Shown: in pieces, positions 59,054 through 64,000 of the stretch
Layout of the letters: every line of letters begins with the position of its first letter
Numbering within the stretch: position 1 is the stretch's first letter
Assembly (NCBI GenBank): GCA_001029715.1
Contig: CP011212.1
Coordinates: 705,066-769,065, forward strand
Direction of reading: 5' to 3'
DNA from: a candidate division TM6 bacterium GW2011_GWF2_28_16
Lineage (GTDB): Bacteria; Patescibacteriota; Microgenomatia; UBA1400; PJMF01
Length of the DNA: 64,000 nucleotides
Translations under genes and position numbers: made by a program
Notes under the pieces: generated by a model
What the model was told of the DNA's origin: nothing
Database searches by the model: none
What the model saw: the letters and a program-made list of their open reading frames with translations, nothing else

Positions 59054-59362
59054 CTATTTAGAACTCAAAACAAGTAAAGCTTCTTGCATTTTCCGTGACA
59101 ATTCAGCACGTTCAGGATATTTTTTGGCGTTTAAAAACATGAAGTGTTGGGAAAGAAGAGTGGCCATTTCTTTGCGATCCTCGATATTAATACTTCCTAT
59201 ATTGCTGGTAATGTAGTCAAGAATCTTATTCATCACTGGTCCATTTTTATATATACCGCTGTGATGTAATAGATTTTTGGCTTCGTCTGGACTTGTAGTT
59301 CCAGTACTGACTTTTTTCAAGTGGGCATCGAGAATTGTTTTTTGAACTTCTCCGTTATCCAT
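59054..59362 (-). CDS. Small hypothetical protein
   Basis: ORF from ATG 59362 fills the ychF-rpsF gap. Confidence 0.6.
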   Translation of the reverse strand: MDNGEVQKTILDAHLKKVSTGTTSPDEAKNLLHHSGIYKNGPVMNKILDYITSNIGSINIEDRKEMATLLSQHFMFLNAKKYPERAELSRKMQEALLVLSSK

Positions 59363-59387
59363 ATATTTTTCTTTTGTCTCTAAGAGA

Positions 59388-60485
59388 CTACTTACCAATC
59401 ATGAACTCAACTACGTCGCCATCTTGCATGACGTAATCGCGACCTTCTTGTCTAATCTTGCCAATTTCTTTGCAAGCTGACCAACCACCTAATTCCACAA
59501 ATTCTTTGAAATTAATTATTTTGGCACTGATAAATTTCTTACTAAAATCAGTATGAATAACGCCTGCCGCTTCTTGAGCGGTAGAACCTTTTCTAATCGT
59601 CCAAGCTTTACTCTCAATTTCACCAGTGGTTAAAAAGCTTTGCAAACCCAAGGTCTGATAAGCCACTGCCGCTAAACGAGACAAACCACTTTCTTTAATC
59701 CCCAACTCTTGCATATAGAGCTCTTGGTCTTCTGCGGCTAAAACTGCTAACTCGCTTTCGATTTTGGCAGAAATAATGACAATTTGTTCTTTTTTGACTT
59801 GCAACTTTTTGGCGAAAAGTTCGGTTAGTTCCTGAGTTTTAACAAGTTCTTTTTCATCGACGTTAATCGCAAAAATTTCCGGTTTGGCGGTTAAAAGACA
59901 TAATTCTTTGGCCACTAATTTTTCGACTTCGCTTTGACAGACGAGGCTTTGACCTTGTTCAATTTTGGCTAGAAAATCTTGAATGGTCTCCCATTTATCC
60001 TTCTCGTCTTTACTAACTGCACCTTTTGGTTGGTGCTGTTTTTGCAAGGTTTCCAGATCAGCTAATTGTAATTCTGTACGAATAATAGTTAGATCTTGTT
60101 CTGGATCAACTGAGCCCTCGCGCAAAACATTTGGGTCACTGAAATGGCGTAAAACATGACAAATGGCGTCTGTCTCGCGAATATTTGCCAAAAATTTATT
60201 ACCAAGACCTTCACCCTTACTTGCCCCTGCTACCAAACCAGCAATATCTACAAACTCCACCAAAGCATATTTAAGTGGAGGCAAATTTGGCAGTTTTTCG
60301 CTAGTCTTTGTAACTTCAGCTAACTTTGGCAAACGGCTATCTGGCACTTCGACCACGCCAACATTTGGCTCAATGGTGGCAAACGGATAATTAGCCGCCA
60401 AAGCGACCTGCTTTTTAAGCAGCGCATTAAAAAGTGTAGATTTGCCAACGTTAGGAAGACCGACGATACCAATTTGTAAATTCAT
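59388..60485 (-). CDS. ychF: Ribosome-binding ATPase YchF
   Basis: GLPNVGKST, NYPFATIEPN, DIAGLV, GEGLGNKFL, TGS domain. Confidence 0.97.
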   Translation of the reverse strand: MNLQIGIVGLPNVGKSTLFNALLKKQVALAANYPFATIEPNVGVVEVPDSRLPKLAEVTKTSEKLPNLPPLKYALVEFVDIAGLVAGASKGEGLGNKFLANIRETDAICHVLRHFSDPNVLREGSVDPEQDLTIIRTELQLADLETLQKQHQPKGAVSKDEKDKWETIQDFLAKIEQGQSLVCQSEVEKLVAKELCLLTAKPEIFAINVDEKELVKTQELTELFAKKLQVKKEQIVIISAKIESELAVLAAEDQELYMQELGIKESGLSRLAAVAYQTLGLQSFLTTGEIESKAWTIRKGSTAQEAAGVIHTDFSKKFISAKIINFKEFVELGGWSACKEIGKIRQEGRDYVMQDGDVVEFMIGK

Positions 60486-60513
60486 ATCGCTATTATATCG
60501 AGAAAATAAAGAA

Positions 60514-61359
60514 TTACGCCACCAAAATCACCCCCACCATGCAAATTAGAGCAGCTACAACTTTGCGCCACAGATGATCTCGTTCTCTAATAAAAATGGC
60601 CGCTAAAATAACCGTCAAAATAATATTAGTTTTGGAGATCACGCTAACCTGTGAGAGCATGGCGCCTTTAGCTAAAGCCATATAGAAAGTAATCACTCCC
60701 ACTGAATAAATCAGGCCATAAATAACTAAATTCCTGTCAATTATTTTAATTGCTTTTGGCAACTCTTTGACTTTTTTTGGATACATTAAACAAAGCATTA
60801 AGCCTGGAAAAAGTGACATGAGCCCTGCGTAAGAAACGGCGTCATAAGTTTTAATAATTAGCATATCGCTAATAGTTCCAAAAGCAAAAAGACTGGTGGC
60901 AATTAAAGCCAAAATCGCTCCTTTGCTAAAAACAAATTTTTGTTTTCTGTACTGCACCAACATAATAGATAAAATTACTAGCAAAGCCCCAAAATATTGC
61001 TGTATGACCAAGCGCTCCTGCAAAAAAATATAGGCACAAAGTACGGCAACAATAGCCCCCAATCCGCCTAAGATTGTCATCTCCGAAGCCTCGATTAATT
61101 TAATCGATTTAAAAAACATGATCGAACCCAAAGCATAAAGAGTGGTACTAAACAAAAAATATGGCCACAGTTCAGCCCAATTTGGCCAAGAAAAACCTTG
61201 AGTAACGGCAAATGGAATGGTCACACATCCTAACAAAAACTGAAAAATGATCGTCGACAAAACCGGATCACTCTCCTCTTTTTTCATCGCCAACCTCTGA
61301 AATAAATAAGCTACTGAAATGGCTACAATATTGATAGAAATAAGGAAAAACCAAGACAT
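60514..61359 (-). CDS. EamA/DMT family transporter
   Basis: Two 5-TM repeats ending FLQE / FIRE. Confidence 0.85.
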   Translation of the reverse strand: MSWFFLISINIVAISVAYLFQRLAMKKEESDPVLSTIIFQFLLGCVTIPFAVTQGFSWPNWAELWPYFLFSTTLYALGSIMFFKSIKLIEASEMTILGGLGAIVAVLCAYIFLQERLVIQQYFGALLVILSIMLVQYRKQKFVFSKGAILALIATSLFAFGTISDMLIIKTYDAVSYAGLMSLFPGLMLCLMYPKKVKELPKAIKIIDRNLVIYGLIYSVGVITFYMALAKGAMLSQVSVISKTNIILTVILAAIFIRERDHLWRKVVAALICMVGVILVA

Positions 61360-61362
61360 GAA

Positions 61363-61929
61363 TTAAATCTTTCCGACTAAATCCACACCTGGTTTAAGAG
61401 TTTTATCTCCTGGTTTCCAACTGGCTGGACAAACTACCGCGCCGTGATTGTCATAGACAAATTTGGCAGCTTGGAATTTACGGAAAATTTCTTCAGTGTT
61501 ACGGCCAATGCTGTTATCGTGCATATCGATGGCGACAATTTTCTGATCTGGATTAATGATAAAAGTAGCGCGAAGTGACATGCCTTCATCTTCGATATAT
61601 GTGCCAAACAATTTGCAATATTTGCCACTTGGATCAGCTAACATTGGATACTTAACTTTAGCGATAGCCTTGGAATTATCATGCCAAGCTTTATGTACAA
61701 AAGCTGTATCAGTGCTAACACTGACAATCTCTGCACCAAGTTTTTTAAATTCAGCATATTTCTCTGCCGCTTCTTCTAATTCAGTTGGACAAACAAAAGT
61801 AAAATCAGCTGGATAGAAAAGCATGATTAGCCACTTACCTTTGTAGTCTGAAAGTTTGATTTTCTTGAGTTGCTCTTGGTCAAAAGCATCCATGGTAATT
61901 TCTGGGAGGGTTTCATTTATTTTTAGCAT
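61363..61929 (-). CDS. ahpC: 2-Cys peroxiredoxin
   Basis: FYPADFTFVCPTE and VCPASWKPG. Confidence 0.96.
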   Translation of the reverse strand: MLKINETLPEITMDAFDQEQLKKIKLSDYKGKWLIMLFYPADFTFVCPTELEEAAEKYAEFKKLGAEIVSVSTDTAFVHKAWHDNSKAIAKVKYPMLADPSGKYCKLFGTYIEDEGMSLRATFIINPDQKIVAIDMHDNSIGRNTEEIFRKFQAAKFVYDNHGAVVCPASWKPGDKTLKPGVDLVGKI

Positions 61930-62002
61930 AAGTGACTTAATTTTAGCACTAAAAATCTGATTTTTAGCTAAGAAATTTTCTTGCTAAATTAGTCCTATAA
62001 TA

Positions 62003-62101
62003 TTGACTTTTAGATCTATTTTGATATAATCCTGTTGGAAGTATCATTGCTTTGCGACCATATGCGGTTGCAAAAATCCAAGCGATGATACTGGAGGAAA
62101 G
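62003..62101 (+). promoter_or_regulatory. Promoter, long leader hairpin and GGAGG RBS
   Basis: TTGACT-16-TATAAT; AGTATCATTGCT/AGCGATGATACT and TTTGCGACC/GGTTGCAAA helices; GGAGG directly after. Confidence 0.65.
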
Positions 62102-62338
62102 ATGACAAAATCAACAATTACTTTAATTGTTGTAGCACTAATATTATTTTCGGTAGCAGGCTTTACTCTTGGCTACAATGTGGCCATGAATAAGGCAGAA
62201 CGTATCACCAGCGCTTGTTTCGCCGGAGACGACGGGGCTTGCAACTGGTGGCAAGCAAAATTCCAAGAGTCTGCTGCAAAGCAGGCTTTGAGAGAAATCG
62301 AAAAGTCTCTCACTCCACAACCAACGGAGGTCCAATAG
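62102..62338 (+). CDS. Small membrane-anchored/secreted protein
   Basis: 78 aa, TM helix, CFAGDDGAC; own promoter, RBS and terminator. Confidence 0.75.
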   Translation: MTKSTITLIVVALILFSVAGFTLGYNVAMNKAERITSACFAGDDGACNWWQAKFQESAAKQALREIEKSLTPQPTEVQ

Positions 62339-62349
62339 GGTCTCCAACC

Positions 62350-62382
62350 AAAAAACCCCGCCTTTAAAAAAGCGGGGTTTTT
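62350..62382. terminator. Bidirectional intrinsic terminator
   Basis: AAAAACCCCGC...GCGGGGTTTTT between convergent genes. Confidence 0.88.
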
Positions 62383-62400
62383 CCTTTTTACTTAGAAAAA

Positions 62401-62613
62401 TTATTCCTCGGAAGGAATAATTAACCAACATAAAAGATAGATCACTAATCCTGGCACTCCACCTGGAATCAAGGCTAAAGCCAAGATTACTCTGACTAAA
62501 GTGACGTCAATCCCAAAATAATTGGAAAAAGCGGCAGCCACACCAGCGATTTTTCTACCTTCGATTGGTCTAATTAATTTTTTGGTACTAGTTTTAGTTT
62601 TTTTACTAGGCAT
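62401..62613 (-). CDS. pspC: PspC domain protein
   Basis: KLIR..GRKIAGVAAAFSNYFGIDVTLVR...YLLCWLIIP. Confidence 0.9.
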   Translation of the reverse strand: MPSKKTKTSTKKLIRPIEGRKIAGVAAAFSNYFGIDVTLVRVILALALIPGGVPGLVIYLLCWLIIPSEE

Positions 62614-62662
62614 ATTGTTTCCTTCTCTTACTAGCTCTTATTGTAGCATGAATCTAAAATGA

Positions 62663-63256
62663 CTAGAGATTTTTTAATTCTTCCCCATCAGTTTGAAAAT
62701 ACCACAAGGCAAAATCGCTGTTACGGAAATTTTTTTCTTTGACAAGTTGTACAAGTTGATTTAAATCAAAAAGCTCAACGCTGATTTTTTCGCCCGCATC
62801 AGGTTTTAGTTCTGCCACTTTTTGGCAATTTTTAGCTACTAAATAAAAATTGGCCCAATCAATTCTGCTATTCATTTGTCCACTGAATAAAAAATACCAG
62901 TCGTCGCTAGAAAAACCAGTTTCCTCAAGTAGCTCACGCTTACACGCTGTCAAAACACCTTCGCCCTCATCAATAATCCCTCCAGGCAAACTCAAAAATT
63001 CTTGAAAACCAGGCTGAGTTTGTTTGGTCATAATCACTTTTTTGTCTGCAGTCAAAGCCAAAACAGTTACTGTATCTGCTCTGGAAACACTTTCAAAAGT
63101 TACTTCACTGCCATCATAAAGTTTCTGCGGCCATTGCCAAATTTTGAAAAAATTTCCCTGAGCCATGATCTTTGCCCCCTCGCCTCTTTTGAGCTTAGCT
63201 AGAGGGCGCACAATTATTTCTTGCTCATTTTCTTGATTCACTTTTTTTAAAATCAT
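62663..63256 (-). CDS. NUDIX hydrolase
   Basis: PGGIIDEGEGVLTACKRELLEETG Nudix box. Confidence 0.93.
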   Translation of the reverse strand: MILKKVNQENEQEIIVRPLAKLKRGEGAKIMAQGNFFKIWQWPQKLYDGSEVTFESVSRADTVTVLALTADKKVIMTKQTQPGFQEFLSLPGGIIDEGEGVLTACKRELLEETGFSSDDWYFLFSGQMNSRIDWANFYLVAKNCQKVAELKPDAGEKISVELFDLNQLVQLVKEKNFRNSDFALWYFQTDGEELKNL

Positions 63257-63307
63257 ACTTTAGATTATAGCGTCGATCTCTCAGAGAAGCCAAGGTATAA
63301 TACAAGC

Positions 63308-64000
63308 GTGCAAGAAATTCAGATCAAAAATAAAAAATACCAATTGCCGATGTTTTTGCCAGATGCCACCCTTGGTGTGGCTCGTAGCTTAGATAGTTTA
63401 GATCTAGCTAATGTTGGTTTAAATGGCGTGATGGTCAATACCTATCACCTGATTCAAAAACCAGGCGAAGAGATTATTAAGAAACTTGGTGGCATCAAAA
63501 AAATGATGAATTGGTCAGGCTTTGTTTCTTCTGATTCTGGTGGTTTTCAACTCTTTTCTTTGATTCAAAAAAATCCTAACTTGGGTAAAATTACTGATGA
63601 AGGCATAGTTATTTATAACGGTCCTAAAAAACAAAGAAAAATTATTTTCACTCCAGAAGATTCAATTCGCATGCAATTCGTCATTGGCAGCGATGTAATG
63701 ATTTGTCTCGATGATTTCACCCCACCAGAGGCTAATGAAAAACGTATTGAAGAAAGTGTTCTTAGAACTATTGCTTGGGCAAAAAGAGCCAAAACTGAAT
63801 TCGAAAAACAACTCAAAAAACATGGTTTTACAGAAACAAATCGGCCTCTTCTGCTCGCGCCAATTCAAGGTCACGACAATGAAAAGTGGCGTGCTTACTG
63901 CGCCAGTGAACTAAAAAAAATCGGTTTTGATATTTATGGTTTGGGTGGTTGGCCTTTCACAAAAGATGATCAATTTGATTACTCATTTTGCCAAAAAAAT
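63308..64000 (+). CDS. tgt: tRNA-guanine transglycosylase, 3' end runs off the window
   Basis: Hand translation from GTG 63308: PMFLPDAT, NTYHL, DSGGFQLFSL, FTPEDSI..Q..IGSD, IQG; TATAAT 6 nt upstream. Confidence 0.92.
   Translation, partial: MQEIQIKNKKYQLPMFLPDATLGVARSLDSLDLANVGLNGVMVNTYHLIQKPGEEIIKKLGGIKKMMNWSGFVSSDSGGFQLFSLIQKNPNLGKITDEGIVIYNGPKKQRKIIFTPEDSIRMQFVIGSDVMICLDDFTPPEANEKRIEESVLRTIAWAKRAKTEFEKQLKKHGFTETNRPLLLAPIQGHDNEKWRAYCASELKKIGFDIYGLGGWPFTKDDQFDYSFCQKN

Noticed and set aside
63613-63914. Short ORFs listed at the right edge
   Set aside because: Shadow frames of tgt
1-64000. Alternative genetic code (UGA=Gly)
   Set aside because: Conserved genes are intact under code 11, and TGA ends genes such as rnc at the expected position

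Overview
AT-rich chromosomal window, most likely from a Patescibacteria/CPR bacterium of Microgenomates type. This is inferred from the gene content, the trimmed or extended housekeeping proteins and the many leaderless starts. Standard code 11 applies (TGA ends rnc). Housekeeping genes include PBP1A, tyrS, recG, rnc, nusB, gyrB/gyrA, dnaB, glyA/folD, tsf/rpsB, hisS, prfA, rpsF-ssb-rpsR, ychF, ahpC and tgt. There are three tRNA genes and a large, split type IV pilus system (pilX-like/M/N/O; adhesin plus minor pilin; pilB/T/C/D plus five more pilins). No CRISPR, IS or prophage was recognised. The most notable signals are: (1) an apparently leaderless His-His-His leader peptide with full attenuator geometry before hisS; (2) a secreted Ig-Ig-SH3b-Ntox44-like putative toxin inserted in the pilus locus; (3) a 46-bp palindromic dif-like site in a 1.6-kb gene-free region beside a single Xer recombinase; (4) an acyl carrier protein homologue lacking the phosphopantetheine serine; (5) candidate new cis-regulatory RNAs before a purine phosphoribosyltransferase and a queuosine-precursor transporter; (6) a GNA-triloop hairpin array behind tRNA-Leu; (7) a TGT with a non-canonical base pocket. 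Several genes missing from the ORF track were added by hand (PBP1A, L32, S18, tgt, a 35-aa membrane peptide). All family calls come from motif recognition by eye, not database searches.
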